From Patescibacteria group bacterium (GTDB taxonomy: Bacteria > Patescibacteriota > Patescibacteriia > JAHJFT01): a DNA stretch of 64,000 nt. Location of the stretch: assembly GCA_028710985.1 (NCBI GenBank), contig JAQTTB010000001.1, forward strand, positions 359,397 through 423,396, read 5' to 3'. The stretch's first letter is position 1. Each line of letters opens with the position of its first letter. Of the stretch, positions 1 through 10,017 are shown in pieces. The position numbers and the translations under genes are program-made. The notes below the pieces were generated by a model. It saw nothing but the letters and a program-made list of their open reading frames with translations. It ran no database searches and was not told the origin of the DNA.

Positions 1-778
1 GGTTGGCTCTATTCTTTGCCATGTCCGCTTCCACCTGGGGGCGGAGCTCGGCCACCTTTTCGGGCGGCAGAAGGGGCTCGCGCGGCGCGGCCTTGGGAGC
101 CTCGGGGGCGGGCATGGCCTCGGCCGGCGCGGCCTTGGGGGCCTTGGCAGCCTCCGCGTCGACTCGCGCCATCTCATCCTCGAACGATCCTCTCGAGATG
201 ACGCCGCCCTCGTAAAGGCCTCTGAGGACCGCCCTCTTCTCGTCCGGGGTGTTGGGGCACTTCTTGGTAGCGGGGGCTTCGGTCTTGGGAACCCTGCCCC
301 GGACTTCGGCCATGGTTACCAGGGCGTTGAACCCCAGCTTCACCGACTTGTCGCGGAGGGCTAGCAGCAGGTCGCGAAGCTCCATGGCCCGCTTGAGCAC
401 GTCGTCCGAGAGATAAAAAGTTATCTCCGGAGCGAGTGGCGTTCCGCTTTCATCGGGCGGGGCGTAGTGAGTCACTCTGGTTTCCTCGTCGGCTTCCTTG
501 TAGAGAACCTCGATCTTGCCGCCGTCCTTGGTGTTCACCGCGATCTTCTCCTTACCGCGGTAGGCGGCAAGGAGCAGGGCGAACGAGATGAATACCGAGC
601 GCGCCCGTATCTTCTCTCCCTCGGTCATGGGGTCCAGATTAACCTGGATCTGGAGCGCCTCGAGCACGGGCTCGAGGAGCGAGCGAAGCGCGAGCACGAC
701 CGTGTACCAGCAGCCGTCCGAAGCCTTGACCTCGCCGATCCTCATCTTTACTATGGTCCTTATGCTCTTTCCCTTCAT
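1..778 (-). CDS. Hypothetical protein, 3'-truncated by the window edge (MKGKSIRTIVKMRIGEVKAS...), with an Ala/Pro/Glu-rich stretch near the edge
   Basis: Read by hand: open minus-strand frame from ATG at 778 to base 1 with no stop, so it is absent from the ORF track. AGGAG Shine-Dalgarno (SD) upstream. Confidence 0.75.
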   Translation of the reverse strand, partial: MKGKSIRTIVKMRIGEVKASDGCWYTVVLALRSLLEPVLEALQIQVNLDPMTEGEKIRARSVFISFALLLAAYRGKEKIAVNTKDGGKIEVLYKEADEETRVTHYAPPDESGTPLAPEITFYLSDDVLKRAMELRDLLLALRDKSVKLGFNALVTMAEVRGRVPKTEAPATKKCPNTPDEKRAVLRGLYEGGVISRGSFEDEMARVDAEAAKAPKAAPAEAMPAPEAPKAAPREPLLPPEKVAELRPQVEADMAKNRAN

Positions 779-844
779 GACTGAACTCCTTATTGCCTCC
801 CGCACTGCGGGGGGACTTGGCTTGGGTTTAAGGAACTAAGTTTC

Positions 845-923
845 GCATCAGCCGCCAATTGTGATTCGCGGCTAGTGTGATGGCACGAAAGTTCGTGCCG
901 TGTGGTGTGAGAAAAGCGGATTG
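845..923 (-). other. Two-hairpin intergenic element, copy A
   Basis: Minus strand: CAATCCGCTTTTCTCACACCAC, hairpin GGCACGAA/TTCGTGCC, ATCAC linker, hairpin AGCCGC/GCGGCT. Shares motifs with copies at 18071, 18999, 21092 and 22342. Confidence 0.7.
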
Positions 924-943
924 GAACTGTGAAAGGTGAGTGG

Positions 944-1333
944 CTACAGGATGCAGCCGTGCTTGCGAAGCAGTGCCTCGGCGGCGCGCTGGCGCTCCGA
1001 AGCGCGCTTCGCGGTCTCGATCGCGGCGAGGATCTCGGAGGCTGAACGGGCGCGGACCACAGCGATCGACGCCTTGGCGTAATCCGCCTTGGCCGCGGGA
1101 ATCTGCTCGAAGGTCCGGATGACCTCGGACGCTGCGCCCATCCGGCGGATGGCGGCGGAGACGGCCTGGGGTGTCGCGGCCTGGAGCAGGTCGCACTTGG
1201 CGGCGCGGCGGAGCACGATGCTCTGTCGGATGACCGCTACGCCCTCGCGGGTGATCGGCGTGCCGGCGGGCTCGGGCGCGGGGAGAACCGGAACGATCTG
1301 GATCAGACCGGGGGCCATGATGATGCTCGACAT
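944..1333 (-). CDS. Hypothetical Ala-rich helical protein (129 aa)
   Basis: ORF with AAGGAG SD, co-oriented with the 1..778 ORF. Confidence 0.65.
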   Translation of the reverse strand: MSSIIMAPGLIQIVPVLPAPEPAGTPITREGVAVIRQSIVLRRAAKCDLLQAATPQAVSAAIRRMGAASEVIRTFEQIPAAKADYAKASIAVVRARSASEILAAIETAKRASERQRAAEALLRKHGCIL

Positions 1334-1390
1334 GCAGAGCTCCTTCTATATACCTCGACACTCGGTCGAGGATTTGCTTGGGGTTATATC

Positions 1391-1935
1391 ACCGCTTCCC
1401 AGCTGGAGGAGAACCGTGGCACTAATTGGCGAGCTAAAATGCTCTTAATTATTTGAATGCCTGGTTAAACCCCCTCCATGTGGCAGGCGGTAATTTTTCC
1501 GGGAAAGAACTGGAGGCGTGTCTATTTGCGGGTTGCGCACGAGGCGCGCCGCAAATATAGGTTCTGCGAATGTACATGTTTTAGTAAACTCCTTGCGGAG
1601 ACCAAAACGGACATCCTTGGAACCGCCTCCGACTTGCTTTGTCCCAAAGGGACTGGGCTCGCCGTTGGTTGACCCCTCCATTTCTTTCTTGGAAAAAATC
1701 GCGGACGCGGAATTGGAGGCAGCGCCCGGGCATGGCCAATAAATTGGTCTTCCCGAGCAAATGGCATCCCTGTGACAAGGATTCACGAAGATTGCTCCTC
1801 GATTGATCCTTGAAGATGCCGCAGTTCGCATTGCCCGCTCCTCAACGGGCGGCGCGAAACAGTTGCTGTATATCCCGATCTGCCTGCCGGTAGGCAGGTG
1901 TTATCGGGACCTCCTCCAAATCTGCGTCCGCGATT
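1391..1935. ncRNA. Candidate large structured RNA (three adjacent multibranched domains)
   Basis: Long-range stems 1391-1415/1463-1491, 1493-1516/1675-1697 and 1697-1719/1913-1935, plus many internal hairpins. No credible ORF. G-U pairs favour the + strand. Confidence 0.55.
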
Positions 1936-2107
1936 GAATTGTGATGAACAAAAAAGAGATTATTTAGTCGCGGAGAGTATAATCTCAAAACAAATAATCT
2001 CTTTCTTGATCCCGAATAACAAAATGGTAATCGGGACCCTATTTTCTCTCTCCTCGTATTAAATTGTATGGTTCAAATACTTATTGATTTTTGATTTTTA
2101 ACAAGTA

Positions 2108-2136
2108 ACTATACCATAGGCTAAGGGATTTGTCAA
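2108..2136 (-). promoter_or_regulatory. Sigma70-type promoter facing the left-hand orphan genes
   Basis: TTGACA-17 nt-TATAGT with a TG extension on the minus strand. Confidence 0.6.
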
Positions 2137-2242
2137 GACCTGCTGACAGATATTTTAGCTAAATTAAGCCTTTTATGCATAGATTAGCCAAAATATGTCA
2201 AAAACTAAAATATAAGGGCAAACAAGCGAATTTTAATGTGAC

Positions 2243-2263
2243 TGTGGATAATCTTGGGGATAA
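2243..2263 (-). promoter_or_regulatory. Tandem DnaA-box-like motifs
   Basis: TTATCCACA (perfect, 2243-2251) and TTATCCCCA (2255-2263) on the minus strand, in AT-rich DNA. Confidence 0.4.
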
Positions 2264-2366
2264 TTTTTTAAATATCCGGCTTGACGAAGCAAAAAATATT
2301 AAAAAATGGCTTATTTTAGCCATATTATCGCATCTCTTGACAAGCTCAAAGTTATACCCACAAAAC

Positions 2367-2395
2367 TTGACAGTTTTGAGAAGTCTTGTTAAAAT
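2367..2395 (+). promoter_or_regulatory. Probable rpoBC promoter
   Basis: TTGACA-17 nt-TAAAAT. Confidence 0.55.
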
Positions 2396-2606
2396 TAGGG
2401 CACGCTGTTTGATTTTTGGCTTATTTTCCGCTATAAAGTCATACTTTCTAAGAGTGGAACAAGTCTCAAACATGACACATCAGTAGCAAAATTTTTTTTG
2501 GCTGCCCTAGCCATTTATTGGCGCGGGGATTTTTTATTTTTAGACCCTAAAAATTTATCAAAATTTCTTAATAAAATAATTTCCGCAAGATATTTATTAA
2601 CACCCT

Positions 2607-5600
2607 ATGATATTTAAAAGAATGGCGCCGACCGAGCCGGGCAGAAAATATTTTACCCGCTTGCGCGAGGCGATTCCGCTCCCGAACCTAATTCAGGTCC
2701 AGCTGGACTCATATCGCTGGTTTCTTGAAAACGGTATTCGCGAGCTTTTTAACGAGATTTCGCCGATTAAGGATTTTATCGGCCGTGATCTTGAGTTATA
2801 TTTTGAAGATTATTATTTCGACGAGCCCAAGTTTGACGAGCCGACATCGCGCGAAAAAAATATTACTTACGAAGCGCCGCTCCGTGTGCGCGCCAAGCTC
2901 ATGAACCGCCGCACCGAAGAAGAGCGCGAGCAGGATATTTATCTCGGCGACTTGCCGGTAATGACTGACCGCGGCACTTTTATCATCAATGGTATCGAGC
3001 GCGCGGTTGTCACCCAGCTCGTGCGTTCGGCCGGCGCTTTTTTTACTTCCGAATTCAACCGCGGACGCAAGTATTACGGAGCGAAACTGATTCCCAACCG
3101 CGGCGCCTGGCTTGAATTTGAAACCGACGCGAGCAATGTCATCTGGGTGAAGATTGATCGTAAAAGAAAAGTCGTGGTTACGGCGCTCATGCGTTCGTTC
3201 GGATATTCCACGGATGAGGAAATTATCAAAGAGTTTAAGGACGTGGATATTCACCCGACCAATCGTTACATTGAATCAACCATCGCGAAAGATGTTTCGC
3301 ATGATCAGGACGGCGGCTTGATCGAGGTGTACAAAAGAATTCGTCCTGGCGATCTTGCAACTCCAGATAATGCCAAAAGCTTGATACACGCCATGTTTTT
3401 TAATTACGATCGTTATGATTTGGGTAAAGTCGGTCGTTATAAATTCAATCTGCGTTTCGGACTGGATACGGCAAAAAAACACGTTGAAGATGAAAAGAAT
3501 CGCATTCTCCGACCCGAAGACATTGTCATGATTGTCCGTGAAATTATCCGGCTGAATATTAGCCAGGGAGACGCCGATGATGTCGATCATCTCGGCAACC
3601 GCCGCGTTCGCGCGGTCGGAGAACTGGTGCAGGCGCGTTTCCGCGTCGGCCTCGCGCGCATGGAGCGCATTGTCAAAGACCGCATGAGCACCATTGATGT
3701 TTCGGCCCTGACTTCCGGAAAATTGGTCAACGCCCGCCCGGTTATCGGCGCGGTGCGCGAATTTTTTATGTCATCCCAGCTTTCGCAGTTCATGGATCAG
3801 ACCAATCCTCTGGCCGAACTTGAGCACAAGCGCCGGCTCTCGGCCATGGGCCCGGGCGGCTTATCGCGCGAACGCGCCGGATTTGAAGTCCGTGACGTCC
3901 ACCCGACTCACTACGGCCGCATCTGCCCGATTGCCACTCCCGAAGGACCGAACATCGGCTTGGTGGGCCATCTTTCCTGCTACGCGCTTGTTAATGAATA
4001 CGGTTTTATTGAATCTCCTTACCGTCGCGTGGTGCATGATGTGCCGAACGACGGCAAGTCCGCGGTCGGGGAATATGCCCGCCATGATTTGAAAGACGCT
4101 GAAGGCAAAATTGTTGTTTCCGCCGAAGAAAAGATTACCAAAGAAATCGCTGCGAAACTTATAGGCAACGGAACGGAAACCATTCCGCTCAAGCCGCGCG
4201 TCACCAATGATATTGAATATTTGAACGCGTTTCACGAAGAAAAATCAATCTGCGCTTCGGCCACCACTGCAATCGACGAAAAAGGATTCTTTCTGGAAAC
4301 GCAGGTCGGCGTCCGCAAACGCGGCGAGCCGAGCGTTGAAGACGTTCACTCCATTGATTACATGGACGTTGCTTCAAAGCAGATTGTGAGTATCGCCACT
4401 GCCTTGATCCCGTTCCTGGAACATGATGACACTGTCCGCGCCTTGATGGGCACGAACATGCAGCGCCAGGCAGTGCCGTGTGTTAAAGCCGATGCTCCGA
4501 TTGTTGGCACCGGCGTGGAGGAGCGCGCGGCGCGCGATTCCGGGCATATGATATCGGCCGAAGAAGACGGTGTGGTGAAATATATTGACGCCGCCCGCAT
4601 TATTATTGAGAAGAAAGACGGCGACGCGCATGAATATGTGATGAAAAAATTTCTGCGCTCCAATGCTTCCACCTGCATCAACCAGACTCCGGTTGTTTCA
4701 CCCGGCCAAAAAATTAAGATTGGAGATGTTCTCGCCGACGGTTCGGGCATCGATCAGGGCGAACTTGCCCTGGGCCAGAATGTTTTCGTGGCTTTCATGG
4801 CCTGGGAAGGGTACAACTACGAGGACGCGGTTATTATTTCCGAGCGCCTTGTGCAGGACGACCGTTATACATCAGTGAATATTGAACACTGCGTGGTTGA
4901 TGTGCGCGATACCAAACTCGGGCCGGAAGTGGTTACTTCGGATATTCCGAATATCGGCGAAGAAAAACTCCGCAATTTAGATGAGAACGGCATTGTACGC
5001 GTCGGCGCCGAAGTCACATCCGGCGATATTTTGGTCGGCAAAATTACTCCCAAGGGCGAAACCGAACTTTCGGCCGAAGAAAAACTCCTGCGTGCCATTT
5101 TCGGCGAGAAGGCCCGCGACGTGCGCGACAGTTCGCTTTATCTTGAGCACGGTGAACATGGCAAGGTAGTGGATATTAAAATTTTTTCACGCGAGGACGG
5201 CGACAAACTGCCGCCCGGCGTTATTAAATCAATTCAGGTTTCCGTGGCCGATCTCCGCAAGGTGCAGGTTGGCGACAAGCTCGCCGGCCGTCACGGCAAC
5301 AAAGGCGTTATTTCCAAGGTGGTTCCGATTGAAGACATGCCGTTTCTCGAAGACGGCACGCCGGTTGACATGATTCTTTCGCCGCTCGGCGTTGTCTCCC
5401 GCATGAACCTCGGCCAGATTCTGGAAACTCATCTTGGCCTTGCGGCCAACGCCCTTGGCTATCAGGTTGCGACTCCGGTTTTGGATGGCGTCTCGGAAGA
5501 AACTATTCACAGCGAACTCAAGCGCGCCGGTTTTCCGTCCGACGGAAAAATCAAGGTATTTGACGGCCGCACCGGCGACGCATTTGAAAACAAACCGACA

Positions 5601-6017
5601 GTTGGCTACATATATATGATGAAGCTCAACCATATGGTTGAAGATAAAATTCATCAGCGCTCCATTGGGCCATACTCGCTCATCACTCAGCAGCCCCTTG
5701 GGGGCAAAGCCCAGTTCGGCGGCCAGAGGTTCGGTGAAATGGAAGTCTGGGCGCTCGAGGCTTACGGCGCGGCGCATACCCTGCAGGAAATACTCACCAT
5801 CAAATCCGACGACGTGCCCGGCCGCAGCAAGGCATATGAATCAATTATCAAGGGTGAGGAAATCAAAAAACTCAATATTCCGGAATCATTCAATGTATTG
5901 GTGCGCGAGCTCAAGGGCCTTTGTCTGGATGTGGAACTCCTGAAAGACGGTGAGCGGGTTGACAGCATCATTGATTCTGGAGAAGTGACGAAACGGCCTG
6001 ACTCATTTCAAAAATAA
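2607..6017 (+). CDS. rpoB: DNA-directed RNA polymerase subunit beta
   Basis: SQLSQFMDQTNPL, TPEGPNIGL, GDKLAGRHGNKG and GGQRFGEMEVWALEAYGAA motifs. Confidence 0.99.
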   Translation: MIFKRMAPTEPGRKYFTRLREAIPLPNLIQVQLDSYRWFLENGIRELFNEISPIKDFIGRDLELYFEDYYFDEPKFDEPTSREKNITYEAPLRVRAKLMNRRTEEEREQDIYLGDLPVMTDRGTFIINGIERAVVTQLVRSAGAFFTSEFNRGRKYYGAKLIPNRGAWLEFETDASNVIWVKIDRKRKVVVTALMRSFGYSTDEEIIKEFKDVDIHPTNRYIESTIAKDVSHDQDGGLIEVYKRIRPGDLATPDNAKSLIHAMFFNYDRYDLGKVGRYKFNLRFGLDTAKKHVEDEKNRILRPEDIVMIVREIIRLNISQGDADDVDHLGNRRVRAVGELVQARFRVGLARMERIVKDRMSTIDVSALTSGKLVNARPVIGAVREFFMSSQLSQFMDQTNPLAELEHKRRLSAMGPGGLSRERAGFEVRDVHPTHYGRICPIATPEGPNIGLVGHLSCYALVNEYGFIESPYRRVVHDVPNDGKSAVGEYARHDLKDAEGKIVVSAEEKITKEIAAKLIGNGTETIPLKPRVTNDIEYLNAFHEEKSICASATTAIDEKGFFLETQVGVRKRGEPSVEDVHSIDYMDVASKQIVSIATALIPFLEHDDTVRALMGTNMQRQAVPCVKADAPIVGTGVEERAARDSGHMISAEEDGVVKYIDAARIIIEKKDGDAHEYVMKKFLRSNASTCINQTPVVSPGQKIKIGDVLADGSGIDQGELALGQNVFVAFMAWEGYNYEDAVIISERLVQDDRYTSVNIEHCVVDVRDTKLGPEVVTSDIPNIGEEKLRNLDENGIVRVGAEVTSGDILVGKITPKGETELSAEEKLLRAIFGEKARDVRDSSLYLEHGEHGKVVDIKIFSREDGDKLPPGVIKSIQVSVADLRKVQVGDKLAGRHGNKGVISKVVPIEDMPFLEDGTPVDMILSPLGVVSRMNLGQILETHLGLAANALGYQVATPVLDGVSEETIHSELKRAGFPSDGKIKVFDGRTGDAFENKPTVGYIYMMKLNHMVEDKIHQRSIGPYSLITQQPLGGKAQFGGQRFGEMEVWALEAYGAAHTLQEILTIKSDDVPGRSKAYESIIKGEEIKKLNIPESFNVLVRELKGLCLDVELLKDGERVDSIIDSGEVTKRPDSFQK

Positions 6018-6028
6018 TATTGAAACAT

Positions 6029-9000
6029 ATGCCAGAACCAATCACGAAAATTGCCGACTTTGACGCCATGCGGCTTCGGCTCGCTTCTCCGGAAGCGATC
6101 CGCTCCTGGTCTTACGGCGAAGTTACAAAACCCGAGACCATTAATTACCGCACCCAGAAACCGGAAAAGAGCGGCCTTTTCGCCGAAGAAATTTTTGGGC
6201 CGTCCAAAGACTGGGAATGCTATTGCGGTAAGTATAAAAAAATCCGTTATAAAGGAATTGTCTGCGATAAATGCGGCGTTGAGGTCACGCATTCCATCGT
6301 GCGCCGCGAACGCATGGGCCACATTGAACTTGCTGCGCCGGTATCGCACATTTGGTTTTTACGCGGCGTGCCGTCCAAAATCGGCACCGTGCTTGATATG
6401 TCGGCGCAGGCGCTTGAAAAAGTAATTTATTTTGGATCATTTATCATAACCGGGGTTGATGAAGGAGCAAAGCGCGCCACTCTGGAACAGCTCAAATCCG
6501 AATACAAGAGCAAGCGCAAGATGATTGAAAACGAGCATAAGCGCGATTATGAACGCGCTCAGAAAAACGCCACCGAGAAAAATATCGGCGAAAAAGAACT
6601 GCAAACCGAATTGGAAAAACTTTACAGCATTAAAGAAAATAAACTCAAGGAACTTGATAAGGATTACAGCTCTACGGATAAGGAGCTCAAGGAGCTCAAG
6701 GTTTTAAAAATTATTTCCGAAGCCGAGTACCAGGATTATTCCCTAAAATTCGGCCACATCTTTAAGGCCGGCATCGGCGCCGAGGCGGTTCACTATCTCC
6801 TGTCCAAAATCGATCTTCCGGCGACCATCAAGGCGCTCGAAGAAGAGCTCGCGAATTCCAAGGCCGCAAAGCAGGACCGCATTGTCCGCCGCATCAAGCT
6901 CATGAAGAGTCTTGAAAAAAATGGGATCAAGCCCGACTGGATGATTCTCACGGTTGTTCCGGTCATTCCGCCGGATTTGCGCCCCATGGTCGCCCTGGAC
7001 GGCGGTCGGTTCGCTACCTCGGACTTGAATGATTTATATCGCCGTGTCATCAACCGCAATAACCGCCTCAAAAGGCTCAAGGAGCTGAACGCGCCGGAGG
7101 TTATCACGCGCAACGAGAAAAGAATGCTGCAGGAAGCCGCCGACGCCCTGATCGACAACAGCGCGCGCCATTCCAAAACCGTAATTGCCGCGACCGGCAA
7201 AAAGCGCCAGCTCAAGTCGCTCGCCGACACACTCAAGGGAAAGCAGGGACGCTTCCGCCAGAACCTGCTGGGTAAAAGAATCGATTACTCCGGCCGTTCG
7301 GTCATCGTAGTCGGCCCGTCGCTCAAGATCCACCAGTGCGGACTTCCGAAGAAAATGGCGCTTGAGCTCTTCAAGCCGTTTGTGATTTCCAAACTCATTG
7401 AGCGTGAATACGTTCATAATATAAGAAGCGCGAACCGTTTTATTGAATCCGATCGTCCCGAAGTCTGGGATATTCTTGAAGAAATTATCAAAGACGCCGT
7501 GGTTCTCCTAAACCGCGCGCCGACCCTGCACCGCCTCGGCATTCAGGCATTCTGCCCGATTTTGATTGAAGGAAAAGCGATTCAGGTTCATCCCATGGTC
7601 TGCTCGGCCTTTAATGCCGACTTTGACGGCGACCAAATGGCTGTGCACGTGCCGCTCACCGTTGAATCAAAGCGTGAAGCCCGCGAAATTATGCTTTCGT
7701 CAGTCAACCTCCTGAAGCCGGCCACCGGACATCCGGTCGCGACCGCGAATAAGGATGTTGCCTGGGGCTGTTATTATATGAGTACGCTGGTTGCTCCCGA
7801 GGGACGCGAGCCCAGGGCTTTGTATGGCATTGAAGAAGCGCTGTTCGCTTACAATTCCAAAAAAATCAGCATTCGTGAAAAAATCCGCGTTCCGTTAAGG
7901 CAAGGCGGTGAGCTTATTGAAACTAATGTCGGGCGGCTTCTCATTAATCGCTGCTTCCCGGAAAAGATCCCCTACATCAATGAGACAATGGGCGTAAAAA
8001 AACTTGGCGAAGTCGTTCGCCTGTGCCTTGAATATTACGGCAACGAGCGCACTGCCCAGCTTTTAGATGATTTGAAGGAACTCGGCTTTAAGCACATCAC
8101 ACTTTCCGGATATTCCTGGGGCATGAGCGATCTGCCGATTTTGGAAAAAAAGAAAGAACTTATTACCGAAGGAAACAATCAGGTTAATCTTATTCAGGGA
8201 CAATATGATCAGGGCTTACTCACGCAGGCGGAACGCCACAGCCAGATTATCAAAGTCTGGACGGATATTAAGGAACGGGTTACCAAGCTCTCTCGCGAAT
8301 CGTTGCCTAAAGACGGCTCGGTATTTTCCATGATTGAATCCGGCGCCCGCGGTTCCTGGGGCCAGCTCACCCAGATGGTCGGCATGAAAGGCCTGGTGTC
8401 CAATCCGGTTGGCGACATTATTGAGCTGCCGGTCAAGGCGAATTTTCGCGAAGGTTTTGACGTGCTTGAATTTTTTATCTCCACCCATGGCGCGAGAAAA
8501 GGTCTTTCCGATACCGCTCTTCGTACCGCGAGTGCGGGTTATCTTACTCGTCGCCTGGTTGATGTGGCGCAGGATATCGTTGTCACTCAAGAAGATTGCG
8601 GTGAATCGGAGGGCATTCTGATTACCAAAAAAGAACAGGAAGAAATTGGTGAAGCCGTCAATACCCGTATCCTCGGCCGATTTACTCTTTCGGATATTAA
8701 GAATCCAAAAACCGGCAAGGTTGTCATTAAACGCGATACCTTGATTACCGAAGAGCACCTTCGTAAACTCGAGGGCATTGAGATTGAAGAAGTGCGCGTC
8801 CGGAGCGTCGCGACCTGCAAATTGCACCGAGGTATCTGCCAGAAGTGCTATGGTTACGATCTCGCTTATAATAAACTGGTGGAATTCGGCACCGCGGTCG
8901 GCATTATGGCTGCGCAGTCAATCGGCGAGCCGGGTACCCAGCTTACTATGAGAACATTTCACACCGGCGGTGTGGCTGGTCAGGATATCACCCAGGGTTT

Positions 9001-9910
9001 GCCGCGCGTTGAAGAGCTCTTTGAGGCGCGTCCGCCCAAGCGCCGCGCTATCATCGCGGATTTCACCGGCAAGATTCGGATTGAAACCATTGAGCGCAAA
9101 ATTATTGAATCTCCGACCGGCCAGAAATATCTTGACCTGAATCAGCCCGGCCAGCGCATTATCAAAATTGAATACGAAGGCGTGGACGAAGAAAAATTCC
9201 GCGCCGACGAAGGCGATGAAATCAAGGTGAAGGATGGCACCAAGGTTTTTGAAGGCGATGAACTTATTGTGCGTAAAGACGGCGCCGCGATTCCGGCGCG
9301 CCGTGAAGGCACGGTAAAGGTGGAAAAAAATATTGTTCGGGTTGTCTTTTCAACAAAGAGCACTCACGAATACGTAATACCGCCTGGCGTTGTCATCTGG
9401 GTAAAGGATGGCGACGAAGTGCAGGCCGGCGACCAGCTCACCGAAGGCGACCTGGATCTCCAGCAGCTTTATACCCTCCGCGGCGGCGAATCGGTCAAGA
9501 AATATCTGCTCAAAGAAATTCTCTTTATTTACGCTTCGCAGGGACAGAAGCTCAATTCCAAACACATTGAGCTCATCATTCGCCAAATGTTCTCGCGCGT
9601 TTATGTCAAAGATGCCGGCGACACCGATCTCTTGCCCGGCGATATAGTGGAAAAAGCAAAATGGCTTGATGAAAACGAGAAGGCCGAAAAAACCAAGGGA
9701 CGTCCGGCCGAAGCCCATGAGCTTTTTCTCGGCGTGAGTAAGGTTTCGCTTTCCACCGAATCATTCCTCTCGGCCGCCTCCTTCCAAGAGACCGCCCGCG
9801 TCTTAATTAACGCCGCGGTCACCGGAAAGATTGATAAGCTTGAAGGCCTCAAGGAAAATGTTATCATCGGCCGCCTCATTCCGGCCGGCACCGGATTCCA
9901 CAAGCAATAG
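6029..9910 (+). CDS. rpoC: DNA-directed RNA polymerase subunit beta'
   Basis: NADFDGDQMAVH catalytic motif, N-terminal zinc finger, GEPGTQLTMRTFH. ATG at 6029 preferred over TTG at 6020. Confidence 0.99.
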   Translation: MPEPITKIADFDAMRLRLASPEAIRSWSYGEVTKPETINYRTQKPEKSGLFAEEIFGPSKDWECYCGKYKKIRYKGIVCDKCGVEVTHSIVRRERMGHIELAAPVSHIWFLRGVPSKIGTVLDMSAQALEKVIYFGSFIITGVDEGAKRATLEQLKSEYKSKRKMIENEHKRDYERAQKNATEKNIGEKELQTELEKLYSIKENKLKELDKDYSSTDKELKELKVLKIISEAEYQDYSLKFGHIFKAGIGAEAVHYLLSKIDLPATIKALEEELANSKAAKQDRIVRRIKLMKSLEKNGIKPDWMILTVVPVIPPDLRPMVALDGGRFATSDLNDLYRRVINRNNRLKRLKELNAPEVITRNEKRMLQEAADALIDNSARHSKTVIAATGKKRQLKSLADTLKGKQGRFRQNLLGKRIDYSGRSVIVVGPSLKIHQCGLPKKMALELFKPFVISKLIEREYVHNIRSANRFIESDRPEVWDILEEIIKDAVVLLNRAPTLHRLGIQAFCPILIEGKAIQVHPMVCSAFNADFDGDQMAVHVPLTVESKREAREIMLSSVNLLKPATGHPVATANKDVAWGCYYMSTLVAPEGREPRALYGIEEALFAYNSKKISIREKIRVPLRQGGELIETNVGRLLINRCFPEKIPYINETMGVKKLGEVVRLCLEYYGNERTAQLLDDLKELGFKHITLSGYSWGMSDLPILEKKKELITEGNNQVNLIQGQYDQGLLTQAERHSQIIKVWTDIKERVTKLSRESLPKDGSVFSMIESGARGSWGQLTQMVGMKGLVSNPVGDIIELPVKANFREGFDVLEFFISTHGARKGLSDTALRTASAGYLTRRLVDVAQDIVVTQEDCGESEGILITKKEQEEIGEAVNTRILGRFTLSDIKNPKTGKVVIKRDTLITEEHLRKLEGIEIEEVRVRSVATCKLHRGICQKCYGYDLAYNKLVEFGTAVGIMAAQSIGEPGTQLTMRTFHTGGVAGQDITQGLPRVEELFEARPPKRRAIIADFTGKIRIETIERKIIESPTGQKYLDLNQPGQRIIKIEYEGVDEEKFRADEGDEIKVKDGTKVFEGDELIVRKDGAAIPARREGTVKVEKNIVRVVFSTKSTHEYVIPPGVVIWVKDGDEVQAGDQLTEGDLDLQQLYTLRGGESVKKYLLKEILFIYASQGQKLNSKHIELIIRQMFSRVYVKDAGDTDLLPGDIVEKAKWLDENEKAEKTKGRPAEAHELFLGVSKVSLSTESFLSAASFQETARVLINAAVTGKIDKLEGLKENVIIGRLIPAGTGFHKQ

Positions 9911-9918
9911 AAAATCAT

Positions 9919-9963
9919 AAAAATCGTCCCGACGTTCACTTCGTTCAGTCGGGACGATTTTTT
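9919..9963. terminator. Intrinsic terminator after rpoC, built on a TCCCGAC...GTCGGGA palindrome
   Basis: AAAAATCGTCCCGAC...GTCGGGACGATTTTT. Confidence 0.7.
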
Positions 9964-10017
9964 GTTGAAAATTACCTGGATTTTTGATACTATTAAGTCA
10001 ATCCTAAACAATACTCT

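Noticed and set aside
838-856. Hammerhead ribozyme (CTGATG...CGAAAC on the minus strand of copy A)
   Set aside because: No stem II between the motifs, and the core is not conserved in the other copies.
1445-1831. 128-aa minus-strand ORF and other short ORFs in 1400-2500
   Set aside because: No good start context or protein-like features; the region is better explained by RNA structure and promoters.
2040-2600. Replication origin
   Set aside because: AT-rich with only two clear DnaA boxes, no dnaA/dnaN nearby, and explained by divergent promoters. GC skew cannot be assessed here.
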